A stretch of DNA of 63,854 nt, filler included. It is 4 parts of 4 records of this genome, joined end to end, with 100 filler letters (N's around TTAATTAATTAA, not from the genome) between each part and the next. Parts side by side here need not be neighbours in the genome. Positions count along the whole stretch, not along the records: positions 1 to 22,088 come from SRR20825019_2217; 3 more parts are not named here. One strand, given 5' to 3'. Below are positions 1 to 10,575 of the stretch, one piece after another. The translations under genes and the position numbers were made by a program. The notes beneath the pieces are model-generated. The model made no database searches and was not told the DNA's origin. It was given only the letters and a program-made list of their open reading frames with translations. Each line of letters begins with the position of its first letter. The first letter of the stretch is position 1.

Positions 1-475
1 GCTGACCATGTCGGACCGCATTGCCGTCATCAATCACGGCCGGCTGATGCAGCTGGACACACCGCGCACGATCTACGAGCGGCCGGCCAACCGTTTCATC
101 GCCGAGTTCATCGGCGAGTCCACCTTTCTGCAGGTTGAGCGCGATGGGGACCGGGTAAGCTTTTCCGGATCGGAACTGAAAACGGGCGCGCTCCCTGCAG
201 CCGGCAAACTGTCTCTGGTCGTCCGGCCGGAGCGGCTCAGCATTCTGGACGGCCCATCTCCGCCGGATACGAACGTTTTCACGGGGACCGTCCGCGAGAT
301 GGTCTATCAGGGCGATACGGTGCTGGCTTATGTCACACTTGCCGATGGTACGGATTTGACCGTCAGGGCGGGAACCCGGACCGGCGAGCCGATCGAGAAA
401 GCCTCCGTTGGAGACCGGGTGGAGCTTGGCCTGAAGAGTGCCGACGCCGTCCTCATTCCGCGTGAGGAGGGCTGA
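1..475 (+). CDS. ABC transporter ATP-binding protein, PotA-like (C-terminal part, truncated at window edge)
   Basis: MSDRIAVINHGRLMQLDTPRTIYERPANRFIAEFIG followed by a TOBE-like tail; directly upstream of two permeases. Confidence 0.85.
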   Translation, partial: LTMSDRIAVINHGRLMQLDTPRTIYERPANRFIAEFIGESTFLQVERDGDRVSFSGSELKTGALPAAGKLSLVVRPERLSILDGPSPPDTNVFTGTVREMVYQGDTVLAYVTLADGTDLTVRAGTRTGEPIEKASVGDRVELGLKSADAVLIPREEG

Positions 476-480
476 ACCCG

Positions 481-1383
481 ATGAGCGAGATGAGCATCGG
501 ATCGGAAGCCCGCGCCAATGAAACAAAGCTGCTGAAGCAGTCCAGGCGGGAGGAATGGGCCCTGCTCGGTCTTGCATCTCCCGCGATCCTGACTGTTCTG
601 ATTGTCATGGTGCTCCCGGTCGGCTGGCTCTTCTATCTGTCTTTCCTGGCGGATGACGGCAGCTTCTCGCTCGAACATTACAACCGGATGCTGGAGAGCA
701 AGGCCTATGGCCGGATCTTCATGACGACATTCGAGGTCAGCTTTATGACCACGGGCCTCTGCATCCTGATCGGCTATCCGCTTGCCTATTTTCTGTCGCA
801 GCTTTCCCCTCGGATGGCGGCGCTTTGTATGCTGACCGTGTTACTGCCGTTCTGGACCTCGCTTCTGGTCCGGACCTACGCCTGGCTGGTCCTGCTGCAA
901 CGCAAGGGGTTGATCAACAGCTGGGCTATTGACCTTGGGCTCTGGGATGAGCCTCTGAAGCTGGTTCATAATCTGAACGGTACGCTGATCGGCATGGTGC
1001 ATATCATGCTGCCGTTCCTGGTGCTGCCGCTCTACGGTTCCATGAAAGCCATCAGTGCCGATTATCTGAAAGCCTCGTCCAATCTCGGTGCGGGGCCAAG
1101 CCAGACATTCTGGAATATCTTCTTCCCGCTATCGCTGCCAGGCCTGTTCGCCGGTGCACTGATCGTCTTTGTGCTTTGTCTCGGCTTCTTCGTGACGCCG
1201 GCTGTGCTTGGGGGCGGCAAGGTGATCATGGTCTCCATGCAGATCACCAGCAATATCGAGCTGTTCTTCAACTGGGGTGCCGCCAGTGCGCTCGGTGTCG
1301 TCTTGCTGGTCATCACACTGGCTATCCTGCTCGCGGCGTCCCGCTTGCTGAAGCTGGATAGCGTGCTTGGGGGAGGTCACTGA
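481..1383 (+). CDS. ABC transporter permease, PotB-like
   Basis: Six TM segments; LPFWTSLLVRTYAW; EAA-like loop ASSNLGA; NWGAASAL. Confidence 0.9.
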   Translation: MSEMSIGSEARANETKLLKQSRREEWALLGLASPAILTVLIVMVLPVGWLFYLSFLADDGSFSLEHYNRMLESKAYGRIFMTTFEVSFMTTGLCILIGYPLAYFLSQLSPRMAALCMLTVLLPFWTSLLVRTYAWLVLLQRKGLINSWAIDLGLWDEPLKLVHNLNGTLIGMVHIMLPFLVLPLYGSMKAISADYLKASSNLGAGPSQTFWNIFFPLSLPGLFAGALIVFVLCLGFFVTPAVLGGGKVIMVSMQITSNIELFFNWGAASALGVVLLVITLAILLAASRLLKLDSVLGGGH

Positions 1384-2198
1384 TGAGCTGGCTCAATCGT
1401 CCCGCGTCCGAAACTCAGATCACCCACGGCCAACGTCTCTGGCTCTACATTCTGGCGACGGTGATCATGATTCTGCTGGTCGCGCCGACCATCATCGTGA
1501 TCCCGATGTCCTTCTCTGCCTCGCAGTATCTTGAGTTTCCGCCGCGGGAATGGTCGCTGCGCTGGTATGAGCATTATCTCAACTCGCCGGAATGGATCCA
1601 GGCGACCTGGACGTCGCTGAAGGCCGGGTTCTTCACCATGTGTCTGGCAACGCCGATCGGCACCGCTGCGGCCTATGGCCTGTTCGTCACAAAACACCCG
1701 CTCAGCCGGATGTTCTATGTATTACTAATCACGCCGATCATGATTCCGGTGATCCTGATCGCCATCGCGGCTTTCTACGTCTTCGTTCAGATCAAGATGG
1801 TCAACAGCATGTTCGGGCTGGTGATCGCGCATTCCATTCTGGCGCTGCCGCTGGTTCTGATCGTGATCAGCGCGGCCCTGAAGAGCTTTGACATGAATTT
1901 GGAGATGGCGGCGCGCAGCCTGGGGGCCTCGCGCTTCACGGCCTTTATGGATGTGACCCTGCCGCAGATCCGGTTTTCCGTCATGACGGCGGCTCTGCTG
2001 TCGTTCCTGACATCTTTCGACGAAGTGATCGTCGCCATGTTCGTCTCCGGCGGTGAAAACTCGACCCTGACCCGGAACATGTTCAACGCGCTGAGGGATC
2101 AGATCGATCCGACCATCGCGTCGATCTCGACCATCATGATCGTGATCTCTTCCTCGCTTCTTATCCTGACCCAGCTTTTCAGAAAATCGGGCGACTGA
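1383..2198 (+). CDS. ABC transporter permease, PotC-like
   Basis: LEMAARSLGA EAA loop; FLTSFDEV; TGATG stop/start overlap with the upstream gene. Confidence 0.9.
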   Translation: MSWLNRPASETQITHGQRLWLYILATVIMILLVAPTIIVIPMSFSASQYLEFPPREWSLRWYEHYLNSPEWIQATWTSLKAGFFTMCLATPIGTAAAYGLFVTKHPLSRMFYVLLITPIMIPVILIAIAAFYVFVQIKMVNSMFGLVIAHSILALPLVLIVISAALKSFDMNLEMAARSLGASRFTAFMDVTLPQIRFSVMTAALLSFLTSFDEVIVAMFVSGGENSTLTRNMFNALRDQIDPTIASISTIMIVISSSLLILTQLFRKSGD

Positions 2199-2282
2199 AG
2201 TGCCAGACCGGCGTCTTTCGGTAGCGGCTGTCAGGGCCTAGTCTGGCCGCTGCATATTGATCGTTGCCGGAGTACTCTTCTG

Positions 2283-3515
2283 ATGCCGCTATTTCGCGGA
2301 GCGGGCGCCATTTTGGTTGGCGCCCTCGGTGTTCTTGCCCTGTGTCTCGGCATGACGGCGCTGGGCCGGGGAGCAGGGGAGAGTTACGCCGTCTTTCTGC
2401 TTCCGCTCTCCGCCGAATTTGGCTGGGACCGGTCTTCGGCGACGTCGGTTTATTCCCTCTTCATGGCCGCGACCGGATTTTTCGCCCCTCTGGCCGGTCA
2501 CTTGTTCGACCGGTTCGGCGGCCGTCTGGTTTATGCGATCGGTCTCGGCTCGCTCGCCATTGGCTATTATGCCGCCGGGTCACTGTCCGATCTCTGGCAA
2601 TTCCAGATCGCCATTGGCGGGTTCTGCGGTTTTGGCGCGGCGCTGATCGGCCTGGCACCGGCCCAGGCCGTGGTCAGCCGCTGGTTCGACAAGGGGCTGG
2701 CGACGGCGCTTGCTATGACGTATGGCGGGCTCGGTATCGGCACCCTGATCATGGCGCCGCTGGCGGAATACCTGATCTCCCGGCAAGGCTGGCGAGATGC
2801 CTATGGCTGGTATGCTCTGGTTTTCGCGGTGCTCTGTGTTTTCGTGCTGTTTCTGCCCTGGGGCCGTATCGCGGAAGGCGCACCCGGCAATCCGCGCCGT
2901 TATAACCGGCAGTCCGGGCAGTCCGGGCCGACCTTGATGGTTGCGCTGAAGACCCTGGAGTTCTGGGCCTTCTTCGTCATCTTCTTCGTTACGGCGGTAT
3001 CAATTTACGGCATCAGCCTGCAATCGGTTGCCTATCTGGTCAGCGGAGGGATGAGCGAGCAGCAGGCCGCTTTCGCATTCGGTATGGCGGGCATGCTGTC
3101 TTTCTTCGGTATGACGGCGACAGGCATGGCGGCGGACCGGTTTGGGCATCGGATCGTCGCGACCGGTAGTTACGGGCTTACGGTGATCGCCATCGGTGCG
3201 CTGGCTCTGGTCCCGGCTGATAGTACGGGCATTTTGCTGGTCGTCTATATCGTCTGTTTCGGTCTCAGCATGGGCGCGCGCGGGCCGATCATCACGACGT
3301 TGATGGCGCGCCGGTTCTCCGGCTCTGGCATCGGAGCGATCCTCGGTGCGGCGAATTTCGGGCAAGGGCTTGGTGCGGCGTCGGGCGCGTTCTTTTCCGG
3401 TCTGCTGTTTGACCTGACCGATGGCTACACCGCCGCCTTCATTGGCTGCACGCTGGCGGCATTGATCGGGGCGGGCCTGTTCTGGACAGTCGGCACCGCA
3501 CCCGATCCTGAGTGA
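2283..3515 (+). CDS. MFS transporter
   Basis: About 12 TM segments; motif A in both halves (GHLFDRFGGR, GMAADRFGHR). Confidence 0.9.
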   Translation: MPLFRGAGAILVGALGVLALCLGMTALGRGAGESYAVFLLPLSAEFGWDRSSATSVYSLFMAATGFFAPLAGHLFDRFGGRLVYAIGLGSLAIGYYAAGSLSDLWQFQIAIGGFCGFGAALIGLAPAQAVVSRWFDKGLATALAMTYGGLGIGTLIMAPLAEYLISRQGWRDAYGWYALVFAVLCVFVLFLPWGRIAEGAPGNPRRYNRQSGQSGPTLMVALKTLEFWAFFVIFFVTAVSIYGISLQSVAYLVSGGMSEQQAAFAFGMAGMLSFFGMTATGMAADRFGHRIVATGSYGLTVIAIGALALVPADSTGILLVVYIVCFGLSMGARGPIITTLMARRFSGSGIGAILGAANFGQGLGAASGAFFSGLLFDLTDGYTAAFIGCTLAALIGAGLFWTVGTAPDPE

Positions 3516-3520
3516 CGCCC

Positions 3521-5944
3521 TTATTTTTGCCGGACTTCCACGAGGAATTCCTCAACCTGACGATTGAGGTTCTGGATTTGCGTTGTCAGTTCACGGGCCC
3601 GTCCGCTGACGGCATCGGCGGCACCACCCGAGATTTCGGCGCTTGAATTCACGCCTTCGATATTGCGGGCGACATCATCGGCGCTGACGCTGGCTTCCTC
3701 GATGTTGCGGGCAATTTCCTGGGTCGCGGACGTCTGCTCTTCCATGGCGGCCGCGATGCTGGCGGAGATTTCACCGAGCTCCTCGATGACTTTCGAGACG
3801 GACTCCATATTCAGGGACGCGCTGTCGGTTTCCTGCTGAATAGCGGCCACACGTTCGGAAACACGTTCCGTTGCCTGAGCTGTCTGCGTTGCCAGGTTCT
3901 TCACTTCGGAGGCGACAACGGCGAAACCTTTGCCGGCATCGCCTGCGCGGGCGGCTTCGATGGTCGCGTTCAGGGCCAGGAGATTGGTTTGCTCTGCGAT
4001 TTCCTGAATCAATTGCACGACTTCGGTGATTTCGCCGACCGCCTTGCGCAGATTTCCCATCAAAGCAACAGAATGCTCCGCACGCTGCGAGGCATCACGC
4101 GATTTGTCATTCGAAATGGCGATTTGCCGGCTGATTTCCTGAATGGAGGCGGTCAGCTCCGACGTTGCCGCAGCCACGGTCTGGACATTCGCGCTGGCTT
4201 GAGTCGACGCGGCGGCTACCGCGGCGGCCTGGTCGTGGGTTTTGGCAATTGCCTCACTCACTTCGCCCGCAGACCCTTCCATGGTGCCTCCGGCATCGGC
4301 GACACGTTGCGCAATGGATTTTACGGAGCTTTCGAAATTGTCCGCAAGCTCCGCCATTTGCCGGCGCTTTTCTTCCGCCGTGCGGCGCTCGGATTCTTCC
4401 TGCTGATGCTCCATGCGCTTCATTTCGTTCGCATTGTCCTTGAAGACCTGAACCGCGCGGGCCATTTCGGCGATCTCGTCCTTGCGGTTGGTCATCGGGA
4501 TTTCGCTTTCAAGATCGCCGCCGGCGAGACCGTTCATCGACCCCGTGATTGCGGATATCGGCCTGACGATGCTACGGGCAATGAGGAAGGCGAGAATGAA
4601 GCCGATTGCAACACCGCCTCCGGTGCCAAGCAGGATCGACTGAACGGATTGCTCTTTCAGGTCTTTCAGGTCTGCGAGCTTGTCGCTCTTGAAAGCGCTG
4701 GTGAGTTCTTCGTTTTGTGATTCGACCCTACGCATTTCGGCTTCGATTTCGGCTTGCTTCGCCAATGCCTCGTCGACTGTATCGACACGGTTGCGAAAGC
4801 TCTTGGCGGCCTTTGCTGCTTCGATGGCGATCTTTCCGAATTCTTCCGGAAGCGCTTTTTTCACGACAAGCGCTTTCGAGAAAACTCTGGAAACTTCGGC
4901 ACTGATTGCGGCTTTTCCTGCCTCGCGATCCGTCTCTTCCGTGCTGACGATATAGCTTTGTGTTTCGGTCGCCATGTTATCTGCCGCGATAACCATCTCA
5001 AGAGCAGCTATACGGGCATTTGTAGCCTCGGACCCCTGATCTTTCGCCTGGGCATATTGTTCATTTGCTTCGGTGAGAGCGGCCGCGCGGTCCTTGAGAA
5101 TGTCTTGTGCTGTCTGCGTCAGGGCCTTGCTCGTTTCGGATAGTTCAGCGAACAGGGTCAGAGCCTGGGAGCCGCCGTCCGCGATATCTTCCACAAGAGC
5201 CGAGAAGAGCTTGCGATAGGCCACGGTAAGTTGCGCAACTTTACCTGCCGCCGGTTCGGCTGCCGTACCCTTGGCCGATTTTCGAAGAGAGAGTGCGTCG
5301 AGAAACAAACGTTTGGTGCCGTTCTCGAGCTCTGATTTGTTCTCATCGGTGCGTTCCAGCCGGTACGCCGCTTCGGCAGCCCGGATTGCATTGCCGTTTG
5401 CGAGGAGCGTATTCGAGGCATTCATGACCGCGATGCTGCTTTCACGATTTTCTGCTGCGGTTTCCTCCGCCGCTCGGCTTGCCTCGAATGTGTCGGTTGC
5501 TGCGGCGCTTAGCTTTGCCGCGCTTCCCTTGATCTCGTCGGCTTCGGCGGCCATGGAGGCAGTGATGGCCTTGGTTTCGGTATTGACGGAGTGCAGTTCC
5601 TCAAGCTTGGCCTGATAGGAGCCGACTTCCTCGTTCATCATGGCGATCGCTGGATCCGTTTCGCCACTGGAGACGATCCTTGAGAGTCTCTCGTTTGTTG
5701 TCTGGGTGCCTGTGATGGCCTGATCGAAATATTGTTGCTCACGGCTGAATGCATAAAGGTCGGCCTGGGCATTCGCCCCTCTGAAAGTGTCTACGGCGTC
5801 CAGGAGGTGAAGGGTAAGTGTGATGTCGCGGTCATATCGAGTAAGCCCGAAATAACCGATTAATCCCACACCTCCGGCAATCAGCAGGGTTACGGTGAAA
5901 CCAGAAGCAATCCGAAATCCAATGCGCATGGCGAGCCCTGACAT
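3521..5944 (-). CDS. Methyl-accepting chemotaxis protein with large helical periplasmic domain
   Basis: Two TMs, HAMP, signalling hairpin [37 protein letters not shown]. Confidence 0.95.
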   Translation of the reverse strand: MSGLAMRIGFRIASGFTVTLLIAGGVGLIGYFGLTRYDRDITLTLHLLDAVDTFRGANAQADLYAFSREQQYFDQAITGTQTTNERLSRIVSSGETDPAIAMMNEEVGSYQAKLEELHSVNTETKAITASMAAEADEIKGSAAKLSAAATDTFEASRAAEETAAENRESSIAVMNASNTLLANGNAIRAAEAAYRLERTDENKSELENGTKRLFLDALSLRKSAKGTAAEPAAGKVAQLTVAYRKLFSALVEDIADGGSQALTLFAELSETSKALTQTAQDILKDRAAALTEANEQYAQAKDQGSEATNARIAALEMVIAADNMATETQSYIVSTEETDREAGKAAISAEVSRVFSKALVVKKALPEEFGKIAIEAAKAAKSFRNRVDTVDEALAKQAEIEAEMRRVESQNEELTSAFKSDKLADLKDLKEQSVQSILLGTGGGVAIGFILAFLIARSIVRPISAITGSMNGLAGGDLESEIPMTNRKDEIAEMARAVQVFKDNANEMKRMEHQQEESERRTAEEKRRQMAELADNFESSVKSIAQRVADAGGTMEGSAGEVSEAIAKTHDQAAAVAAASTQASANVQTVAAATSELTASIQEISRQIAISNDKSRDASQRAEHSVALMGNLRKAVGEITEVVQLIQEIAEQTNLLALNATIEAARAGDAGKGFAVVASEVKNLATQTAQATERVSERVAAIQQETDSASLNMESVSKVIEELGEISASIAAAMEEQTSATQEIARNIEEASVSADDVARNIEGVNSSAEISGGAADAVSGRARELTTQIQNLNRQVEEFLVEVRQK

Positions 5945-5991
5945 TACTGACTATCGAAACAATATATTATCAGATAAATAACAATCACAAT

Positions 5992-6006
5992 TTAATAAGG
6001 TATTAA
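5992..6006. promoter_or_regulatory. Putative CtrA box (TTAA-N7-TTAA) in the divergent MCP / periplasmic-protein promoter
   Basis: TTAA taaggta TTAA; CtrA commonly controls alphaproteobacterial chemotaxis genes, but the region is AT-rich. Confidence 0.55.
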
Positions 6007-6091
6007 TGAAGTTGCACGCAATATCGTTAATCATGTGTTCACATGATTGCTTTCCTATACGGGAAGGCAGATTGAGGAGGAGGAGACACTC

Positions 6092-6664
6092 ATGAAAAAA
6101 ATGCTGAACGGACTTGCCGCACTTGCCTTGACCATGATTTTCGCCATGCCGGCAGCGGCCAATGACTTCGAGCCGCAGATCAAGGAATTCTACAACAGTA
6201 CAGTGAAGGCATGGCTTACCGATCCGGCGGTGATTGACGCAATCAAGGCTCAGAACGCGGAAACGGCCGGTTTTGATGCGGCGAAGATTGATGCGCTCGA
6301 CAAACAGTGGCGCGCCGAAGCAAAGGCGGGTAGCGGTGATCTTGTGAACAAGGTCTCCGGAAATCCGCTTTCCGCATGGCTGAAGACAAAGAAGGAAGAA
6401 GCCGGCGGCAAGATTGCCGAAGCGTTCGTTATGGACGCGAAAGGTCTCAATGTCGGCCTTAGTGACCTGACGTCCGACTACATGCAGGGCGATGAAGGCA
6501 AGCACCAGAAGACTTTCGGTGCAGGTCCCGATGCTGTTTTCATTGACGAGGTTGAGTTCGATGAGAGCTCCGGGGCCTTTCAGTCCCAACTGTCCGCTAC
6601 CATCAGTGACGGCGGAACCCCTATCGGGGCTATCACCATCGGTGTGAACGTCGAAAAGCTCTGA
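6092..6664 (+). CDS. Secreted stand-alone Cache/PDC-like sensor protein
   Basis: GAGGAGGAG RBS, signal peptide MKKMLNG...PAAA, AFVMDAKGLNV...SDYMQGDE...IGAITIGV pattern. Confidence 0.7.
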   Translation: MKKMLNGLAALALTMIFAMPAAANDFEPQIKEFYNSTVKAWLTDPAVIDAIKAQNAETAGFDAAKIDALDKQWRAEAKAGSGDLVNKVSGNPLSAWLKTKKEEAGGKIAEAFVMDAKGLNVGLSDLTSDYMQGDEGKHQKTFGAGPDAVFIDEVEFDESSGAFQSQLSATISDGGTPIGAITIGVNVEKL

Positions 6665-6694
6665 ACGACTGCGTCAGCAAAAATCTGATCTGAG

Positions 6695-6718
6695 AGGCCG
6701 CCTTCGGGCGGCCTTTTC
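6695..6718 (+). terminator. Rho-independent terminator
   Basis: AGGCCGCC-TTCG-GGCGGCCT-TTTC between convergent genes. Confidence 0.85.
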
Positions 6719-6733
6719 AGTTTGTCGGGCTGT

Positions 6734-7927
6734 TTAGCGCCTCAGCGGGTTCATGACCGGATGCCGGTCGGCTGTCTTGAAGCCGAGTGCGTCTTCCGCG
6801 ATCAGGATGCGTTGCACATTCGGAGTGCCTTCGCCAACGGTCAGCATGTTCACATAGGCTGACAGTGTGTTGATCGGATATTCCTCCGCAAGGGCATAGG
6901 CGGCGAACGTGTCTCGTGCAGTCTGTGCGGCTTTCTGGGCGACTTCGGATGCCAGGTACTTTGCCCGTGCTGCGGCCCGGGTCGAGCGTTCTCCCTGATC
7001 CATCAGCCAGGCCATGCGACGCATCATGAGCCGTGCCGCATCGATGCCCACGGCAACATCGGCAATCGGTTGCTGCACCATTTGATACGCGCCGATTTTT
7101 TGTCCTCCAACTTCCCGTTCCTGTGCATAGCGCAAGGTTTCGTCGAAGCAGGCCTGCGCCAGACCGATCAGACGTCCGGAGACAGTCAGGCGTCCATATT
7201 CCAGTGCATTCAAAGCGACTTTCAGGCCTTCTCCCTCCTTGCCAAGCAGGTTCTCTGCGGGCACCCGGAAATCTTCCAGAAAAACCTCACAGGAGCGCAG
7301 GCAATTGGAGAGCGGCCGCATTTCAATCGCCCGGGCAGTGAACCCGGGCGTCTTCTTCGGCTCGACAATGAATGCGGAAATCCCGCGTTTCCCGGCGTCC
7401 GGGTCTGTTTTCGCGAAGAGCACACCGACATCGGCGGCATTTGAGAAGGTGATCCAGATCTTGGAGCCGTTCAGCACATAGCTGTCGCCATCGCGCTTCG
7501 CCACGGTCCGCATCGCGCCGCCAGGGTCGGAGCCGCCGCCGGGCTCAGTCAGGGCGAACATGCCGATCTTCCGGCCCGAGATGAGTTCCGGAACGAAATG
7601 CCGAGCCTGTTCAGGCGTGCCCCAATTGAGAATGGTGAACGGACAGGTCATGGCCTGCATGTTCATGGCATAGCCAAAACCTGGTGAGAGACGTGAGATC
7701 TCTTCGGCAATCGTACCGACCGCCGCAAAGCCCAGTGCGGTTCCGCCCATCTCTTCGGGAAAGGCCGCGCCGAACAAACCTGCATCGCCCATGGCCTGGA
7801 TGATCTCGTAAGGAAAATCGCCTGAGGCTTCGTATGCCGCAATTTTAGGCGCAATCTCGGCTTCATAGACCCGCCCGACCGTATCGCGCACGGCCTCGAT
7901 GACTGGATCCTCGCTGAAATCCATCAC
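6734..7927 (-). CDS. Acyl-CoA dehydrogenase
   Basis: FALTEPGGGSD, YVLNGSKIWIT, EGTPNVQR. Confidence 0.93.
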   Translation of the reverse strand: MMDFSEDPVIEAVRDTVGRVYEAEIAPKIAAYEASGDFPYEIIQAMGDAGLFGAAFPEEMGGTALGFAAVGTIAEEISRLSPGFGYAMNMQAMTCPFTILNWGTPEQARHFVPELISGRKIGMFALTEPGGGSDPGGAMRTVAKRDGDSYVLNGSKIWITFSNAADVGVLFAKTDPDAGKRGISAFIVEPKKTPGFTARAIEMRPLSNCLRSCEVFLEDFRVPAENLLGKEGEGLKVALNALEYGRLTVSGRLIGLAQACFDETLRYAQEREVGGQKIGAYQMVQQPIADVAVGIDAARLMMRRMAWLMDQGERSTRAAARAKYLASEVAQKAAQTARDTFAAYALAEEYPINTLSAYVNMLTVGEGTPNVQRILIAEDALGFKTADRHPVMNPLRR

Positions 7928-7979
7928 GTTTTCTCCCTAGTGTTCTTTTTGTGTTTTCCGTGCCTCTGAGTGGACGCCC

Positions 7980-9581
7980 TTAAGCCCGGTTGTCTTCCAG
8001 GATCATTGCCGAAGCTTTTTCGCCGATCATCATCGCCGGCGCGTTGGTGTTGCCGGAAACCACGGTCGGCATGATCGAGCAGTCGGCGATGCGCAATCCG
8101 GCAATACCGTGCACGCGCAGCCGGGCATCGACTACGGCTTTCGGATCGGATCCCATGCGGCAGGTGCTGGTCGGATGGAAGATGGTGCCGCCTTTCTCGC
8201 GGGCATAGGACAGCAGACCCTCATCGTCCGCACGGTCCAGGCCCGGTTCATACTCGTTCTTCAGGTGTTTGCTGAAGGCCGGGGACTGGGAAATTTTCCT
8301 GCTCAGTTTCATGCCGTCGATGATGGTGCGTCGGTCTCCCTCGGTGGAGAGGTAGTTCGGTTTAATGCTCGGATAGTCGCGCGGGTCTCCGGATTTTACC
8401 ATGATGGTGCCCCGGCTTTCCGGGCGGAGCTGACAGATCGAGGAAGTGACGCCGGGGAAGGGGTGCAGCAGCTGGCCCGGCTTATCCGCGCTGAACGGGA
8501 TGAAGTGGAACTGGATGTCTGGCGTTTCCAGCTCTGCGCGCGTCTTGGTGAAGACATAAACCTGACCGGCACTGATGGTCAGCGGACCTTTCCGGGTAAG
8601 GGCATATTGCAGGCCCATGGCGATCCGTTTCAGCGGATTGCCGACATCGGTGTTAAGGGATTCGAGTCCGTCCAGCTCATAAATCGCCCGGACCTGGAAA
8701 TGGTCCTGCAGGTCGTCGCCGACACCGGGAAGATCATGCTGGACCGGGATGCCGACGCTACGCAGATGATCCGCCGGGCCGATGCCAGAGAGCTGCAGCA
8801 ATTGCGGGGAATTGATGGCCCCGCCGCAAAGCACGATCTCGCGGGAGGCTTCAGCTCTATATTCGATACCGTCGCGCAGATAGGTAATGCCGCTCGCGCG
8901 CCCGTCCGTCATTTCCAGCTTCGAGGCGAGGGCACGGGTTTCGATATGCAGGTTCTTCCGGCTTTTGACCGGGTTCAGGTAAGCGACGGCGGCGCTGCAG
9001 CGGCGGCCGTTCCGGCTGGTGGTCTGGTAGTATCCTGCGCCGTCCTGGACCGCGCCGTTATAATCCTCGTTCCGCGGAATGCCTACTTCCTCGCAGGCAT
9101 CGAGGAAGGCCTCGCAGACCGGGCGCCGGTCGGCAATGTCGGAGACCGAAAGCGGGCCGTCGCCGCCACGGTAATCATTCCCGCCGCGTTCGTAGCTTTC
9201 AGATTTCTTGAAGAAGGGGAGCACGTCGTCCCAGCCCCAGCCCTCGTTGCCGAGCTGGCGCCAGTGATCGTAATCCTGATGCTGACCGCGCACATAGAGC
9301 AGGCCGTTGATGGAGCTGGAGCCGCCGAGCACGCGTCCACGCGGCCAGACCATCACCCGGTCGTTCACACCGGCATCCGGTTCCGTTTCGTAACCCCATG
9401 AAATATCGGGGTGATACATGGTTTTGTAATAACCGACAGGGACGTGAATCCAGGGATTGCGATCCTTGCCGCCGGCTTCCAGCAACAGCACCCGGTTTTT
9501 CGGATCCGCCGACAGCCGGTTAGCAACCACGCAGCCTGCCGAGCCCGCGCCGACCACAATATAGTCGTAAACTTCGCTCAC
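7980..9581 (-). CDS. GMC family oxidoreductase (choline dehydrogenase-like)
   Basis: YDYIVVGAGSAGC, GRVLGGSSSING, FHPTSTCRMG, SGNTNAP. Confidence 0.93.
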   Translation of the reverse strand: MSEVYDYIVVGAGSAGCVVANRLSADPKNRVLLLEAGGKDRNPWIHVPVGYYKTMYHPDISWGYETEPDAGVNDRVMVWPRGRVLGGSSSINGLLYVRGQHQDYDHWRQLGNEGWGWDDVLPFFKKSESYERGGNDYRGGDGPLSVSDIADRRPVCEAFLDACEEVGIPRNEDYNGAVQDGAGYYQTTSRNGRRCSAAVAYLNPVKSRKNLHIETRALASKLEMTDGRASGITYLRDGIEYRAEASREIVLCGGAINSPQLLQLSGIGPADHLRSVGIPVQHDLPGVGDDLQDHFQVRAIYELDGLESLNTDVGNPLKRIAMGLQYALTRKGPLTISAGQVYVFTKTRAELETPDIQFHFIPFSADKPGQLLHPFPGVTSSICQLRPESRGTIMVKSGDPRDYPSIKPNYLSTEGDRRTIIDGMKLSRKISQSPAFSKHLKNEYEPGLDRADDEGLLSYAREKGGTIFHPTSTCRMGSDPKAVVDARLRVHGIAGLRIADCSIMPTVVSGNTNAPAMMIGEKASAMILEDNRA

Positions 9582-9749
9582 CCCGTTACTCCCTTGTTCT
9601 TTTAGTCACTTCTTTTGCGGGGAGAATATGCGTCCGGCGGGTGGCCGTCGATGGATTTACACCCACCTGCATGGGAAACGATGTCATGACGGGTTGCCGC
9701 TTTATTCCGGCCACTGTTCGCGTAGGATGCGGGAAACATTCTGGGAGGA

Positions 9750-10571
9750 ATGATTATGGATGCCATCCGGCTCGACCTTGAAGGGTTGGCTGCACGGCTG
9801 AGTGACGGCGCGAAAATCGCTTTGCCGCCGGATTACTCTTACTGCGCCATGGCGCTGGTGCGCGCGATCATCGCCCGCAATGTCCGGGATCTTCATCTGG
9901 TCGGTGTTCCCGCCCTTGGTTTTCAGGCGGATCAGCTGATCGGCGCCGGCTGCGTCAGCACCGTGGAGACGGCGGCGGTCACGCTTGGTGAGTTCGGCTT
10001 GGCGCCCCGGTTCAGCGCCTCCATCAAGGCCGCCAGCATCCGTATGCTGGATGCGACCTGCCCCGCGATCCATGCCGGTCTGCAGGCATCGGAGAAGGGT
10101 GTGCCCTTCATGCCGCTGCGCGGTGTTATCGGCTCCGACGTCGAGAAGCGCCGGGATGATTGGATGATCGGCCAGAACCCGTTCGCCGAGAACGACCCTA
10201 TCCTGATGGTAAAGGCGATCCAGCCCGATTTCGCCGTGTTTCATGCCCCGTTGGCGGACCGGTTCGGCAATGTCTGGGTCGGCGTCCGGCGCGAGCTGAT
10301 GCTGATGGCGCATGCCGCGAAATCCTGCCTTGTCACAGCGGAGAAGATCGTCGACGGGAACCTGCTGGATGATCCGGTGCGGGCCGCGGGAACGATCCCG
10401 GGGCTCTATGTTGGTGCCATTGCAGAAGCGGAGCAGGGCGCCTGGCCGCTCGGCATTCCGGGCGGTTATGACGCGGATCAGGATGAGCTGGCGCGGTATG
10501 TCGACATGGCGCGCACCGAAGAAGGTTTTGCCGCCTATATGGCCGGCACCAAGGCCGTGGCGGCGGAGTGA
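9750..10571 (+). CDS. Family I CoA-transferase subunit A (GctA-like)
   Basis: GVPFMPLRGVIGSD, PDFAVFHAPLADRFGN, LVTAEKIV. Confidence 0.8.
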   Translation: MIMDAIRLDLEGLAARLSDGAKIALPPDYSYCAMALVRAIIARNVRDLHLVGVPALGFQADQLIGAGCVSTVETAAVTLGEFGLAPRFSASIKAASIRMLDATCPAIHAGLQASEKGVPFMPLRGVIGSDVEKRRDDWMIGQNPFAENDPILMVKAIQPDFAVFHAPLADRFGNVWVGVRRELMLMAHAAKSCLVTAEKIVDGNLLDDPVRAAGTIPGLYVGAIAEAEQGAWPLGIPGGYDADQDELARYVDMARTEEGFAAYMAGTKAVAAE

Positions 10572-10575
10572 TACG

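Noticed and set aside
8109-9401. 430-aa ORF antisense to the GMC oxidoreductase
   Set aside because: Shadow frame of a GC-rich gene with no protein motifs
10312-10575. N-terminal extension of CoA-transferase subunit B in the ORF track
   Set aside because: Overlaps subunit A; a GTG with upstream GGAG at 10576 is the better start
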